This document shows, piece after piece, positions 26,801 to 41,803 of a stretch of DNA of 64,000 nt. The notes under the pieces are model-generated. The model saw only the letters and a program-made list of their open reading frames with translations. It searched no databases and was not told the DNA's origin. The DNA comes from Eledone cirrhosa (taxonomy: Eukaryota): NCBI GenBank assembly GCA_964016885.1, contig OZ024742.1, positions 216,070,001-216,134,000 on the forward strand, read 5' to 3'. A program made the translations under genes and the position numbers. How positions within the stretch are numbered: the first letter of the stretch is position 1; each line of letters starts with the position of its first letter.

Positions 26801-29409
26801 AAATAAAGAATGGAAAAATAAATCCAGACTAGATTTGAACCGAGTTGTAAGAAATTAAGGTAATATACGTTAAACGCAATTTATTATATTCGAATCTCTA
26901 ACGTTTCCATTAATCCCATTTACCTCCTACTTTGAAATAACACGTTATCATATGGATACAAGGTCAGGCAGTATCATGAGAGAATCTTTGATTATATCAA
27001 TTCTATTACTGTACTTAAGTTAGTGCATCGAGGCTTGAAATATTAAAGGGAAAATTGATCTTGGTGGAAATAGATCTCGGAACGTAGTATTATTTTAAAG
27101 TGTGTTTTCTCCGCCATACTTCCTATTTTTGTCAGTCCAGCCCGTTCTTTATTGAAATTTCAACGTTTTAAAACAACACAATTCTATATATTTTATGGTA
27201 GGAGGGGATAATCTATTACACCAAATCTAGTAGGTGGATGGCTCTTTGTTTTGTCGATTTCCGAAGAAATGATACAAATTAAATAAATGGAATGATACAG
27301 GAAAACAGCAGTACATCATATACGTTCTGATGTATGAGGCAATAACGCGGGTATTCTCGGTCCATAGATGGGTATATGCCACGTAGTATGCTTTACAATT
27401 TTTCTTCGTCTTTGCTTCGCTGGATTAATTCTATTTTCTACAAACTTAGATTTTCATCTCCCAAAATGGGGGTAACGCAATATATTTTAAATCTATGAGC
27501 ACATTTCATGAATATAATGTAGCAGCTCATGCATCATGCATGTTAGTGACTGTCAGGCTTATATTTAACTATACATTACAGTAGGTTTACTTCCATGAAT
27601 CGAATTGAGAGCCTTAAACGGAATCAACTTATAATTATGCATGCAAAAGCTTGTTGATGTTGACATTAGCTTTGCAATTTATAATATATACACAACGATT
27701 TTGTCATTGCACAACAATACATAAATGAAATATGTTAATCTATAGATACCGATGTTGTATCAGATTGAATTATGTTAATATTATGAGATGAATACTTTTG
27801 AATAAATGTAATATTCAGAGTTTGTACCTTGGTGAAGTAAATATTAAATTTTGTGTGGCCACGTTTTGTTGCGTACAATTTAGGTAAACGTGAGTGCAGC
27901 TTAATATATATTAAGCGGTTTATTTTGTGAGATGGGGGATCATTGTAAGATAAGGACTTTATAAATCATCATAAACTCTCTTACTGTCATGCAAATTATG
28001 TTTGGTGATATATTAAGATGCATTGTACCATATTGGTGATTTTCCAAAATGTTGCCAGTTGAAGTTCATTGACTATAATTATAGCGTTTCATATTATATA
28101 ATGCATCTAGTGCATCTTTCAGTGATACAATAATTGACATAACGTTATCCAGCTCTAACCTGTGATTGATTTTGTATAACATTACACATTGCTGAAGGTT
28201 ATCCTTTTGAACTTTCCTTTTACAAGTCATCATAGTTATCCGCTTTGTAAAAGTTCAGTTAAATCTATTACAAAATGGAGATAAAATGATGCTCCATAGC
28301 AAAATAACTAGATTTAAACAAAGTAAATTTTACTAAATATATTACTTCGAAAATATTTGTGGGTTAAAATAATGCATTGGATCTCTTCGTGGATATCATT
28401 AAGATTGAGTTTACTTTTTCCATGATCGTTATTTTAATAATCTATGAGAAAATAATAAAAAATATTAAAAAGCAGCACAAAACAGAGATCTCATGGATTC
28501 CATATGGATTTGTTTAATCAGTGCATTCAAATACATATTTTATTCCCTAACGTCTCGGATTACGTTCCCGATTGATTGATGCTAACGAAGTATGATGATT
28601 CCACGGTGATATTCCTATACTCTCATGTAGTTTGGTGCATCACTAAATAAAATATGCATCATTTAAATGTTTCTTTTACTCAGTTGCTAAAATAAACCCT
28701 GTAAGGTTGAGAATAACATTAAACGTTGCAGATCACATTGAAATAAAGAATATATTGTAATGATGTTTTCATTCAGAATAAAATAGTATGTAGTCCACTT
28801 CAAAGTTATACATGTTTGTCAGTTACTTAACACCCTGAAAAGCTTTGGCGAATTAACATACATTTCAACAACATCCTGTTGATAATGGAACTTATAGGTT
28901 GAATGTGGGAAAGGAAATTTGATTTTCTCTTTTATATGTAATTATTTTAGACAGTGAAATCCGGAATCCGAGGAAACTTTTAGAACTCTGAATAGGCAAA
29001 CAATCTTGTTAGCTACAACAGACTTTGTCATAAGTGAAAATGTTGAACTGGAACACTTAGGCGCTGGTCTAATCTAAATACGAAATATAAATATTCAATG
29101 AGGAAGTATGATATATTTACAAATAAACATAAAAAATGGATACATATGTATACGAAAATTATTCACAAAAACGCAGGCTTAGACAGACATATGCGCATAT
29201 GATTATCAGTGAATATATTTTTATATATTTCAGATTTATATATGTATGTAACTATGATAAGTATATTATATATGTATGCGTATATATATAATATTTATAG
29301 AGAGAGAAAAGCATATACGAATACACGAAGACACACACACAAACACTCAGATTTCTTACAGAGAATGGTGAAGTGCGAGAATATGGAAGTGAGAAAGGGA
29401 TATAGAGGA

Positions 29410-29555
29410 AGAATCGTCCCCAGTAGTAGAGTGGTACGTTTATATCGACCTCGAATGGATGAAATGTAAGGGTGACTGTCGCGGGATTTGAACTCAAGCC
29501 GAAACGAACATTACAAAGCATTATATCCATCGTTCTAACGGCTCTGCCAATTCGC
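29410..29555 (-). mobile_element. tRNA-derived SINE (diverged)
   Basis: tcgacctcgaatggatgaaatgtaagggtgactgtcgcgggatttgaactc matches the family reverse complement. Confidence 0.55.
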
Positions 29556-29561
29556 TCCCCT

Positions 29562-29611
<50 letters not shown>

Positions 29612-32600
29612 TGTGTGTTTGTGTGTGTTTGTGTGTGTGTGTATGAACTAAATAGAAACATGTTTAGTTCTTTTATTATCGTACCCTCAAACTCCTATTT
29701 AGATATCATTCGCTCCTATTCTCCATCTAATCTGTTGTACATTTCTCTATCTCTCACCCCCCCCCTCACCCCTTTTTTTTCTCAATGTCTGTAGCTCTCC
29801 AATAGTTGTCCAATTAATTATTTCTAAACTACGCATTCGTAAGCAAGTAAAGTGAATGAACCCGAAATACAAATATCTAAGAAATGATATAGAATACATA
29901 TGTGAATTCCTAGAATCAATTACTTCATTAATGTGCCCAAAACACGGAACAATCACGTCAGCTTCACAACACAAATGAGTTGTAATTTCTATTTATTCAT
30001 GTATATAACACATACATTTACATACTCATGTATAGATGTTTTATCTTTTCTTTTTCTTTTTTTGTCTAATTCTTCCTATTGAAAAAGAAGATCTTTTCTC
30101 ACTCAGAGAGAAGACTACTTCATTGTAATTTAGGAAAGAACTACAGAAAAATCTTGCCAAATCATAGAATGGTACATATTTAAACTTTCAGAATCCCTGA
30201 TAAATTATCTCATTTTCTCTGCTTAAGAATGGTCTTATTTAAACAATTCTCAATATAAAAAATAGAAAAGGCTAATACAATGAATATATTGAATACAAAT
30301 ATTGCTTAATTAATTAAAATTCCAACGGAATTCATGAAAATGCCATTTGTTTGAATGAATAATTGTGGTCCAGAAACGCAACAGTGACAACTTCATATGA
30401 ATGACAAATTAATTGAGGGTCTTTTGGTATATCTGGTATATACATGCACAAAAGTATACAACCTGGATTTGAAAGCGATATTCCAAGAAATTAACAATAA
30501 ATGTTGTCCCATTTATCGATTTTCAAAGAAATATACATATCGGTTTCATTTTCCTCCAGATATTTTCTTACATTTTTTTCATGATATATTGTTGACCTAT
30601 AAAAGAGTTTAAGGTATATTTAGTAGTAGCAATTTCACCACTTCACAGACGCAGAAATTTCTGGTCTTCTAATCATACTGGAAGTGATTTAAATCGACAA
30701 AATAACTGAAAATAACTGGGGAAATTATTCAATAATATAGCGCTGACGGATTTGTATTTTGTTACTCACTAACGGTTTCTGATTTAGGCACAATGCCAGC
30801 AATTTGGATTGAAGAGTAATATCGATCGCATTTCCTTACTGATGATTTATCTTTTTGACCCCATAAGAATAAAAGACAACGCTAACATCGACGGGATTAC
30901 AACTCAGAAGCTAATAGGACGTAACCATATGGTGCAAAGCATGCTGTTCGATGCCTTAGCGATACTGCCAATGCATGCCCGTTTATTACTCATAGCTAAT
31001 GATGCCTATACATAAACGTCAGCTGCCACTATATAGCTAGCTCGGTTCTTTCTTCGGTGGAAAAGTAGAATGATGAACTTAATCAGAACTGACATGCGAT
31101 TATAAAAAGACAATACAAAAAAGACAGGCATATTAGATGAGCTAAGTCGAAATTTGTACATGCTCACACTCACTTTGCTAAGACTAACAGCTGAATTATT
31201 TCCGAATAAGCTTCAATCGCCTTAAAAACATGGCATATTAAATAATGTCATCTTGGAAAAATAAAACTTGATGCGAACAGAGCAGTATTGTCTTTAGTCA
31301 CAAGGAACCCTTGATGCTTAAAAATAAGAACAATTAGTCACCATGCATGCAATATATTGATGCTGTTCTGAGTGCATTACATCACACTGTGGAGTTGTAG
31401 AATACGTGAAACAACATATATCTGAAGTCGAAACTTCACTAATGTGCATGCCTTTGATCTAACGAGGGCTGATTCAGCCATAAACACAACAACCTTCAGC
31501 AACATTAATAAAGGTCCAACAAAGAAATATTTGATTTATTTGCCGGACCACATAACCAAAATTGCAGATAAATATCTTTCACATCTCATTCCACCGTAAT
31601 TTTAAATACACCAGGAAGACGAGATGATCTTCGATAGAAGGAATTTATTCAAAAGTTTTCTAAATCCGATTTTATCTGGATTAATAAACAATCCTAATAA
31701 TATCGAGAACGTATGAATGCATCTACACATGCACTAATCTTGTTGGAAAAGGCAAACAGTTTTTGTCACCTTCCTTACAAATTCAGAGTTGTCCTGAACA
31801 AGCTTATGACCAAGTGTATTGCAGGCCTGATATTGGAGTCATTTTATGGCATTATATAAGTGAGACTACGTTAGACAATTCGTCCGTTGGTGGCTTAGAA
31901 TTTATTTCTTTTGATGTCTCTGCCATTGATTTAAAATTACTATGATTCTTCCTTTATATATTTTAAAGATCTCTTTATCAAATCACAATTTGTATGATGA
32001 ATATGAAACATGAAAAAAAATACCATATATTTAAGATAATATTGGAATCGGTATAGTTGAGGTGAACATGAATTTTAAGATCTCTCTAATCACGTGTTCT
32101 AAATTGTAACACGTGATTAAAATCATATTGTATTCATTCTGGGAGCCATAGACAAGCGTAAATCATATATTATTTGGCATCATTCGATTTAATAGTGTAT
32201 AGTTTAAAATAGTTGGTCGTCTAATATACGATTTTAATTATAAGCCAATAATGTATCAATGCATTACTAAGCATGAAATAAGTTGGCACTTTAGCCAAGT
32301 TGCCAGAATGTGTCGAGTCATACAGAACAACAGGCATTGCACACAATATCTTGCTATAGAACTTGCTTTTACAGATTCATTGTCATAATTGAATATAGTA
32401 ACAAAAGAATATTTTCATTGTAGACTTTTGGATATATCATTTCCTTTATATCTTGAAGTGAAGTTATATGTTTCAAGTTGTGTGCTGGATTTTCTACCTG
32501 AATAGCTGGATGTTTGCATAGACGCACATGTTTGTAAGAGAGATTTCTGAAATATGAGCTTTCTAGTCATATATGGAAAATAATATTTTATAATTATAAG

Positions 32601-33427
32601 CACTCCAATAGCTATTGAAATATGTAACTAATGAGAAAAATAATTCATTTGATAAGTATGTGAATTAATACAATATTACAAGAATCTGAAAGCCAAAGCA
32701 TTTTTTCTAATATTCTATATTTATTTGTTACTTTGATGCACATTTTTCTGAAGCTCAACAGGAAAGGTCTCGGTGAATTTTTCTGAAGCTCAACAGGAAA
32801 GGTCTCAAGAATTTTGAGTGAACCAAGATGAATAGTGTTTAATAGCTATTTCAACCAATTTGTCTAAAATATGAATTCATGTAATTATATATAATTTCGT
32901 CATCAATATATTCAGACAAATTCTGATACAAGTGCTAATTTGAACATGATCTCCTCTACTATATAGTACATATTATATATTTAGACGTTAACAGTTGGGA
33001 ATAAAATTGGTCTAAGTATTGTGACGGAAAAGAATCTTGTTCTGGATCTTTCAGACAGGTTGTAAATTGTTTAATACCGAATTCGTCTGGAAATTGTTAT
33101 ATTATGTTTAGACGGAGAGGATTTTCAGAAAAGTGTGTGTTATTGTGCGTGCTTTAGACCTAGTTTATATGATTATATTTATTCTAAGCATTGACATCTG
33201 CTATTCTTTTGTATAGTTAAATTTAGATTATTCCGTTTTTAAGATAGTCTATAAGACAACTGGCTGCTATGTCTAGATGAACGTATCCTGGTACTCTAGG
33301 AACCAGGGGTATATTACGGTGAGAGAAAGCAAAGGACGAATAATCAACATAGTTAAAGTGTAACTGATATAGTGTCCCTGAATATATTGATAATCTTGTT
33401 AATTTGAAGCTACATTTGGACTTGTTA

Positions 33428-33774
33428 ATGCTGAGGATGGCTCTGAACATTAATCAGTATACACTGAGGATGAAAAACTGAGAGCTGTATGGGAGCCTCC
33501 CAAATGTCAGCTCAAAAGTTACACAGAGGAGACTGAGGTTAGCTGGACATGCTCACCGACATCCAGAGTTGACATTGCACTCAGTGCTCCTGTAGGAGAC
33601 CCTACATGGACACACTGGAAGAGGAAGATCAAGGTTAACGTATGTTGATGCCCTAAGGACAGACACTGGTCTGTTGGAGATGCAGGACATGGCAACAATA
33701 ATGAGGGACAGAGACCGCTGGAGAGAATTCGTCCCGGGATCTCGGAAATTTTACCCGCCCTAGATAGATAGATA
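33428..33774 (+). mobile_element. RTE-clade LINE 3' fragment
   Basis: MLRMALNI...ELYGSLPNVSSKVTQRRLRLAGHAHRHPE...GRGRSRLTYVD...RDRDRWR followed by a (TAGA)n tail. Confidence 0.85.
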
Positions 33775-35924
33775 ATGTATGATGTTTATCAGAGACTAAT
33801 AATCCTACAGTCAAAACGTGTAAATGTCAAGAATATTTAAATGAATTAGTGTAAAGCGTTAATATCATGGATGTTATAGAACATATTTTCTCTCATTACA
33901 CTTAGAAAAGAACGAGGTGTAGTGAAAATAATTCCGAAATCTGAAATGTAATATTTATAATGTTAATCACACGTCCTGATCTAATTGCTTAACTAATTAA
34001 ATATGATTGCTGTGAAAAATAAAGATCTTAATTACAACTGTCACAAAAGCAAATGAGAGGCAAGAAAAATATTTTTACTCTCATTTACAAGGATTTTTCG
34101 TTATCGATATCACGAATATTTCAGGCATTATGTACGTTTAATTCACACCAATTCCTCTATTATAATCGCTGAGACAGGAATAATTTGGTTCCAGTTTTCA
34201 ACAGCAAATGATTCGAGGTAGAGCATTTAGCTTCAATCTTTAAATTATATTGATGCTGTCGAAAATTTAACATTGAATACCATTTCAAAAGTGTGCAAAT
34301 TCATATATGAATATCAGATCTGAAGAGTAACAAATTGAATTAGAAAGGTTTGGAGGGTTTTATATCAAATTACCTAGATCTAAGGTTTGATTTAGATTCT
34401 TTCGTAGTATTTTGTCAGGTACAAAATGCAATGATTTTCGTTTTATGCTTAATAAATTCTAAGTACGTCAGAGGTAATTACATTCAAAATGTATTCCGTC
34501 TTCAAATAGAGAAGAGGTCATATTACAAATTCAGTCATTCTGTGTCAATAAATAATACACAAAATGAGTAGATTTTCTGTCTTCCCTCTTCCTATCTTTG
34601 TTTATCTCTTTCTCTCTCTGGTTCACTCTGAATGTAAAATCCACTCAAAAACGCACTTATGTTTGTGTTGTTGAGTGTATGTTATATTCAGACAGGCTTT
34701 CCAGATGATTCTATACGAAATAATATTCTTCAATTGATGCGGCTTATTCCTCAAGTGAAGCCAGCCGGGCTCATGGATGTTATCTAACCTTGTAGCTCCA
34801 TGCCTAACCCTTCGTTTCCTGCCTCTTGCCTTTGCACATAAAATCTGTCCACCGATTCTTTCCCTGAGACATTCTAAATTACATAAATTATTTTACCCTA
34901 GGTTTATTTTCGTTGCTACAATACTACACTAGCCATACGTTCCATATATCATGGTAGGTTATCAAGTACCATATATGGACTACATTTTTTTATGTTGGCA
35001 CAACTTCAAATGTTTGACCTAACCAATAAGTCAAACCGAGTAAATAACTGGAAATTATAACTTCTATACTAATATTGATTGGAATTCGGATTACATTCAC
35101 CACTACACATATTCTAGGAATTTGGGTGTGTGTGTGGGGGGGTGGGGGTGGGGGGGGGGCATTTTTCAGTGCATATTTTATGTTCATGTAGGTTAACGTT
35201 TTTTGGTATGTGTATAGACTTCAAACCTTTGCTGGCTCATATCATTTCATGGACCCTCAGAAAGCCAAACGCTAAATCCTTAGAATTTAAATAAAGAATA
35301 TAAATATGACAAGGATTTCGTCATTCATTTTCAGGATGATATGGTATTGTTTTTAATGTTGTCATTGTATAGATTCTGTGACTCACCTCCACTCAAAAAT
35401 GTACAGGGCCAGAAATGTGTAAATTTCTTTCAAGATATTAGGATTATATCGAATACAGAACTTGAGAGGTACTTTATTTTATCGATTCCGTGAGGATTAA
35501 AGGAACGTTTTGCCTTGGGGGATTTTGAACACAGAGTGTAGAAGGACGTAGAGATATGGCACCGGATATACGATTACCCTCAAAGATTATTAACATTGAT
35601 TGAACAGACATTTTACAGAGACAACGATTGCCTCCAATGTTGTTGCATTGAATACACAGGCATTTTCTCTGCATTAAATTATGGTTTATGTATTTGGCAC
35701 CTAATTCGGGTAGGCAGACGCTGAATAACTAGATGAACATTTTCCTCTGGTGTTTATTTAGTAGCTACAGAAGTTGGTGATTTCAAAGTTCACTTGGGTA
35801 TCATTGAAAATTAAAACAACAATGATATACTGCGTATCGTTACACTCATTCTGCTACCCCATGGTTCGTAAGATATTTTTGAAGAATCACAATATATTTT
35901 GTGTAACATGTTTCCACACTATTG

Positions 35925-36105
35925 GATTGGCAGTATCGATAGAGCATCGCTCACCATGCTTTGTGGGATATAGTTACGGTTCTTTAAGCTTTGCTTTTCA
36001 TCCTTATGGGGTTGATAAAATAAAGTACCAGTAACGAAATGAGATCGATTTAATCGACTTTTCCATCCCCCAAAATTGTTGCCGTTGTGCCTAAATCAGA
36101 AAACC
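35925..36105 (+). mobile_element. tRNA-derived SINE
   Basis: ttggcagtatcgatagagcatc...tcatccttatggggttgataaaataaagtaccag. Confidence 0.7.
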
Positions 36106-36274
36106 TTATATGTAATAATGATTTTTATAATAAACTAGGTGAGGTACCGGGCTTCGGCAAGGTTAACAAATGATGAGAGAAGACCGTCAGAAGAGAAAAC
36201 GTCTGTATTGAATGCATTGTCTTATTTATAGTGTGTGTATTGTGTGTGTGTGTGTAAGTTTGTGTGTGTTTGTG

Positions 36275-36313
<39 letters not shown>

Positions 36314-37309
36314 AGGAGTGTTCGTGTGTGTGTATATATCTATATATATATGTGTGTGTGCGTGTTCCTGTGTGAGTGTTCGTGTGTGTGTGCGTGTGCG
36401 TGTGCGCGTGTGTGTGTGTAATCCACCGCTGGAATCGGAGACATAGGCCGCGAAACACGATAATCACTGAAAATGAACTCGCAGAGAGAATCCCTTATGG
36501 TTTATTCCCAACCTTCTAGAAATAAATAGTAGTCAGGCTGGTTAGTATACGTGGTATATCTTTCTTCTTCTTTGATGTTATAAAATTCGTATCAATAAAC
36601 TTTCCTGGATATACTCTTATCCCAATCCTGTACATACTTTCTGATTGTCACTTTTCGTTTTTTTCATGTGATACGCGAAGGAACCAACCAGCAAACATCT
36701 CTCCTTTATATCTCTTTTATTTGTTCATTCAACATATTTTTCAGCTAATTCTGTCGTACAATATACATCAGCAATCGTTATCTAATATTTAAAACATATG
36801 AATAGCGGCGATATATGCACCATATCAATCAAAAACGATATGAGAATTGAATAACATACTAAAGCGCCAGTAAGCTTGTTAAGAACCTGCAGACTGAAAT
36901 GTTAATAAATACAACATTTGGCTTGGGTAAACTTTAAGATTTTCTTTCATTGTAAGTTTCTTTTCTACTTCGCTCCTCCTCACCTCTTCCTTAATTCACC
37001 CTAGAGCATGCTACATACAATTGACCATGGTTTTCCTAGATGAAGGCCAGCCACATTTAGGGTTTGACCCTGAGCTTTGATGATGGTAATCGCGAAGCTT
37101 AGTCTCTCTGTTGCTCTAGTAACATTTTTTCTTCAGGAAAATCTAATCTAGCGGCCAGGCTAGGACATTTTGGGTGGCATATCGGCAGTAACAATGACGA
37201 TAAGCCGTCTGTGCTTTCGTGAAATAAAAACGTTTGTTTATATTTTGTTTTGGTGTATGCAAAAGTATCTGTACATGAATAAATGATTATATATATATAT
37301 ATATACATA

Positions 37310-37915
37310 TATATGAAAATTAGAATTGGTGCTCTGAAATAGCGATATATATATGAATGTATATATAGTGTATTTTGCAATACAATGTATGCTTAATTAA
37401 AAGCATTTCGAAGGCCTTACGCCGCTATTCTTTTAGAGTAGTGACAGTCTCACTTACTTTAATTTTCAGCAAACAGGGGAGATAAAGCTGACAGAGCCCT
37501 GTTTCGCACTTTTTGGTGCTTATTAAAGCTAAATGCTTCTAATTAAGCATACAGTGTATCGCAAAATACACTATATATACATTCATATATATATATCGCT
37601 ATTTCAGAGCACCAATTCTAATTTTCAATTTCTGCTTGACCGGCAACCGCTATGTATATTCAGTTCCTGATTATTACTAGAATTCTATAAGAATCAAACA
37701 TTCATGATTTTCAGCAAACAGGCGGAATAGTTAGCTTTGATAAGCACCAAAAAGTGCGAAACAGAGCTCTGTCAGCTTTATCTCCCCTGTTTGCTGAAAA
37801 TTAAAGTAAGTGAGACTGTCACTACTCTAAAAGAATAGCGGCGTAAGGTCTTCGAAATGCTGTTAATTAAGCATACAGTGTATTGCAAAATACACTATAT
37901 ATACATTCATATATA
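37310..37915. mobile_element. pLTR-like inverted-repeat element (family F)
   Basis: 37342-37532 is inverted to 37731-37918, with an internal partial repeat at 37535-37627. Confidence 0.75.
37707..37801 (+). ncRNA. Type I hammerhead with U3:A8 covariant core
   Basis: agct-TTGATAA-gcac(caaaaa)gtgc-GAAA-cagagctctg-TC^agct, with a long distal stem I (ttttcagcaaacagg / cctgtttgctgaaaa). Confidence 0.85.
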
Positions 37916-37919
37916 TATA

Positions 37920-38070
37920 TTAAAATAACAGATTAAAGTTTAAGCAAAGAATCGCTGTTTTCCTCCTTAAATTAAAAAAACTCAATCTGCGAACGCAGAA
38001 ATAAATATTTCGAAAAACGTTGCAACCGAAAGAAAACAGGAAGATGATACTTTGGTTTGTGAAGACGATA
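37920..38070 (-). mobile_element. Family A pLTR fragment with HHR core deleted
   Basis: Matches 3438-3595 but lacks cgggatcttctga. Confidence 0.65.
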
Positions 38071-39484
38071 GGAATGTCGTATAACCGGAAGTGTTGACAT
38101 TTGAAAATCTAAAGAAGTGAATATTTAAATAAAGTCTTTAATCTTTTAACAAAATTCAGTAGACAAAAATTCCCTCATTTTCTTATTTGGAAAAAGTTAC
38201 ATCTATAGTGCAAATTTAGTGCCGTTTGGTCTAGCCGCTTGGGGGAAAGTTTGTTACTTGCATACGGACGTCAGCTTTATAGTATAGATTCCGTTACCGT
38301 AATTTATGGCAACCGAAGATGTCAGTGGGTAGAAAATTAGATCTAACGAAATGTACGTCTTGTACTTTGTTTCATTGACGTGAAATAATAAAGAAACACA
38401 TGAGCTAGTATAAACTGGTGTAACCGCACCCGTAGAGTATATTATCCTCGGAAAGATTTTGTCTTGTTTTTAGTTAGAAAATAATTGATTCTAACTGTAG
38501 CGCAAGACCAGTCATTTGAAGGGAATATTTCATCAGATGAAAAGTAAAGTTAACGTCAGCGAAATTTGGACTCAGGACATAAGATGGCTGAAACACACCA
38601 CAACGTATTTTGTGTGACGCTTTAACCATACTGCCAAATCAAAGTCTTTCTTAGATTAGTAACAATGCCAACACTAGTAATTACAGTAATAAATAGATAA
38701 ATAGTTTACTGAAATATTGTGATTTCTTCACAGGCAAAGGAAAAATTGTGTTAGCACATGAGAGGTACAGACACGTAAATAAATATACACATGTGCTCGC
38801 ACATACACACATACATACAAATACACGCACAAACACAAAGTGCACAGACAGGACACGCTGGTACCTATACTCACTAACACGACAGCACAATCTTACGCAA
38901 GTGGAATAGTGCAATAATTCAACCCGCAGTACTATAGAAATGTCTAATACAAAAAGATGTATACTTTCTTTTCCTTTAATTTTTTTCTTTCTGAGCTATT
39001 ACTCTTAAACAAACGAATCAAACAAAACACGACAAAAAAATTCATAAGCAGAAATGTAATTTAAATAAAATGCGGAATTGAAAAGAAAAGAAATACAAAT
39101 ACAAATAGTAAATAAAAGAGAATCAAATCAAATTTCAACTAAATTATCTTGTCAATGATTGAAATACTTAGAAAACAAGGGATAGCAATAAAGTTGAATA
39201 AAACCACTACTACTCTCTTGCAGACGTAATTTTTAAAAATATTTAGTTTCTCCAATTGTTTCCATGACTCTAGTTCAAAATAACATGGAAGGAGAATGAT
39301 TAAATATATAACTATGTGCAGATAGATAAATGAATAATTGTTATATAGAAAGAAGATGAATACAGCGCTTTATTTGTTTGTTTGATTTGAGGGTTGGTTA
39401 GCTAACAGTAAGTATGGCCGGATAAACAAAGGATCTAAAATACAATTAAGTATTATAGGGAGTTTGCCTGGTGATTATATGTGT

Positions 39485-39541
<57 letters not shown>

Positions 39542-39586
39542 TGTGTGTGTATGTGTGTATGTGTGTGTGTGTGTGTATGTGTGTGT

Positions 39587-39652
<66 letters not shown>

Positions 39653-40409
39653 TGCGTGATGTATGTAAGCTCGCTGCCGAGTAATTGAATCGTACTTTTT
39701 TTCCATTGAAGTACACCGAACATCCCCGTCAAGTTCGCTCATGTAAATGAGATTATACAATACTACACTAAATGTATTATGGTTATGAAATGGGCAATAT
39801 GAGAAAAGGATAAAATAAAATAGAATACAACATATATCAAGCTAAACATAAAGCAAGCATAACAACAACCTATTACAAAAAGGCTGTAAATACTTTTCAT
39901 CTACACGAAACTAAAAACGACCACACCACTGAACGTAATTCAGGTAACCAATATAAGTTTTAAAATTTCAATGTAAACCTAAAAGCTGTAAGCATCGTGA
40001 AACAAACGATTTCATAGGACAAGACATATTTTCCTTCGTTAACCATGCATTTTCAAGATGACGGCACCGTATATCCCAATACATGCAAAGCTTTTAGAAA
40101 TAAAATATTACAATAATACAATTCTATACTGCATCCCATATAAAACGATGTGCTACTATGCACTCATTAGTATAAACCAATCCTTAACACATTGTAAGAG
40201 AATATGTGGAATAGGTTATAAAATGCTAATGCGATTGTGTGTAAGTATTTGTATGGGTGGGTTACGATTTGAGAAAAACACATTGATAAATCCGTTATAT
40301 CTGTGGGAGGGAAATGTGAGTAAGATGAATACGCATGTTCAAATACTACTTTTAAATGTGCTGTGTGAAAATATATATACTAGAACCTGACCATTGTATT
40401 AAGATTTAT

Positions 40410-40494
<85 letters not shown>

Positions 40495-40620
40495 AAGTTT
40501 TATTTAAATTGTTGGGTTACAACGAGTAAATATTTATAACTGATATAAAAGCACTCAACAAGTATTTGGAGTATATTTACGATATTAAATAAATGGAAAC
40601 TATATTTATAAAACCATATT

Positions 40621-40686
40621 TATTTCATTATATATATTTCAGGGATATCATATTAAAAATATGGTATGCCTTCTTCAGACAAAATA
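40621..40686 (-). ncRNA. Canonical type I minimal hammerhead (family D), mirror copy
   Basis: Exact reverse complement of 40912-40977. Confidence 0.85.
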
Positions 40687-40911
40687 CAATATAAACAGTC
40701 TTATAAATAGATAGATTTGACATACCTTACAACTTCAACTTCCATTTAAAAAGTTGATTTGGTAGTGAAAAATGTTAGGGACAGTTATAAAAAGAAAGAA
40801 AGAAATTTTATAACTGTCCCTAACATTTTTCACTACCAAATCAACTTTTTAAATGGAAGTTGAAGTTGTAAGGTATGTCAAATCTATCTATTTATAAGAC
40901 TGTTTATATTG

Positions 40912-40977
40912 TATTTTGTCTGAAGAAGGCATACCATATTTTTAATATGATATCCCTGAAATATATATAATGAAATA
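40912..40977 (+). ncRNA. Canonical type I minimal hammerhead (family D)
   Basis: tattttgt-CTGAAGA-agg..catatt/aatatg..cct-GAAA-tatata-TA^atgaaata, giving an 8-bp stem I, with AATAAA overlapping its end. Confidence 0.85.
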
Positions 40978-41003
40978 AATATGGTTTTATAAATATAGTT
41001 TCC

Positions 41004-41099
<96 letters not shown>

Positions 41100-41379
41100 C
41101 ATCTGAGTGAAAGCTTCAGTAAAATATATTGATATTCGACGATGAATGTGTTTCCCAATGCAACCGACAACATCAACAACTTAATGTCTATAATAACTAT
41201 AGACAGACGCCAAGGACTCTTAACGAAATATATATTATGTTATGACTGGAATAGAATTACACAACCGTTCGTGGCTGTTCGATGAAATCTCCACACTGAA
41301 ATCATATAACTTATAATACTTACAACATCAAAACACTTCAGACCTGTGAGAAAATGTATTCTATCCTATCAGAGTCACA

Positions 41380-41560
41380 TTGGCAGTATCGGTAGAGGGT
41401 CGGACGCCATGCTTTCCAGCGTAGTTACGTCCCTTTACGATCTGAGTTCAAATCCCGCCGAGGTTGACTTTGCCTTTCATCCTTACGGGGTCGATAAAAT
41501 AAAGTACCAGTAATGCACTGGGTAATTGCTGTCCTTGTGCCTAAAGTAGAAACAATTATT
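41380..41560 (+). mobile_element. tRNA-derived SINE, near full length
   Basis: A-box-like tggcagtatcgg, B-box-like gagttcaaatccc, and the body shared with at least five other copies in the window. Confidence 0.8.
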
Positions 41561-41585
41561 TCTGAAAGATTAACGTTAGCACAAT

Positions 41586-41632
<47 letters not shown>

Positions 41633-41803
41633 CTAAGGCGGGTAAAATTCCCGAGATCCATGGACGAGTTCTCACCAGCGGTCTATGTCCCTCATTATCG
41701 CTGCCATATCCTGCATCTCCAACAGACCAGTGTCTGTCCTTAGGGCATCAACATATGTTAACCTTGGTCTTCCCCTTCTAGTGTGTCCATGTAGGGGCTC
41801 CCA
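41633..41803 (-). mobile_element. RTE LINE 3' end (same family as 33428-33774)
   Basis: Reverse complement matches 33592-33763. Confidence 0.8.

Larger units (their letters stand above)
40589..41009. mobile_element. Near-perfect ~200-bp-arm palindrome of a family D pLTR
   Basis: Arms 40589-40793 and 40804-41009 are reverse complements by eye, around a short gaaagaaag spacer. Confidence 0.85.

Noticed and set aside
32742-32808. Tandem 28-bp duplication containing CTGAAGC...GAAA
   Set aside because: No stem II and A9 is altered; a simple local duplication. Only two units, so not CRISPR-like.
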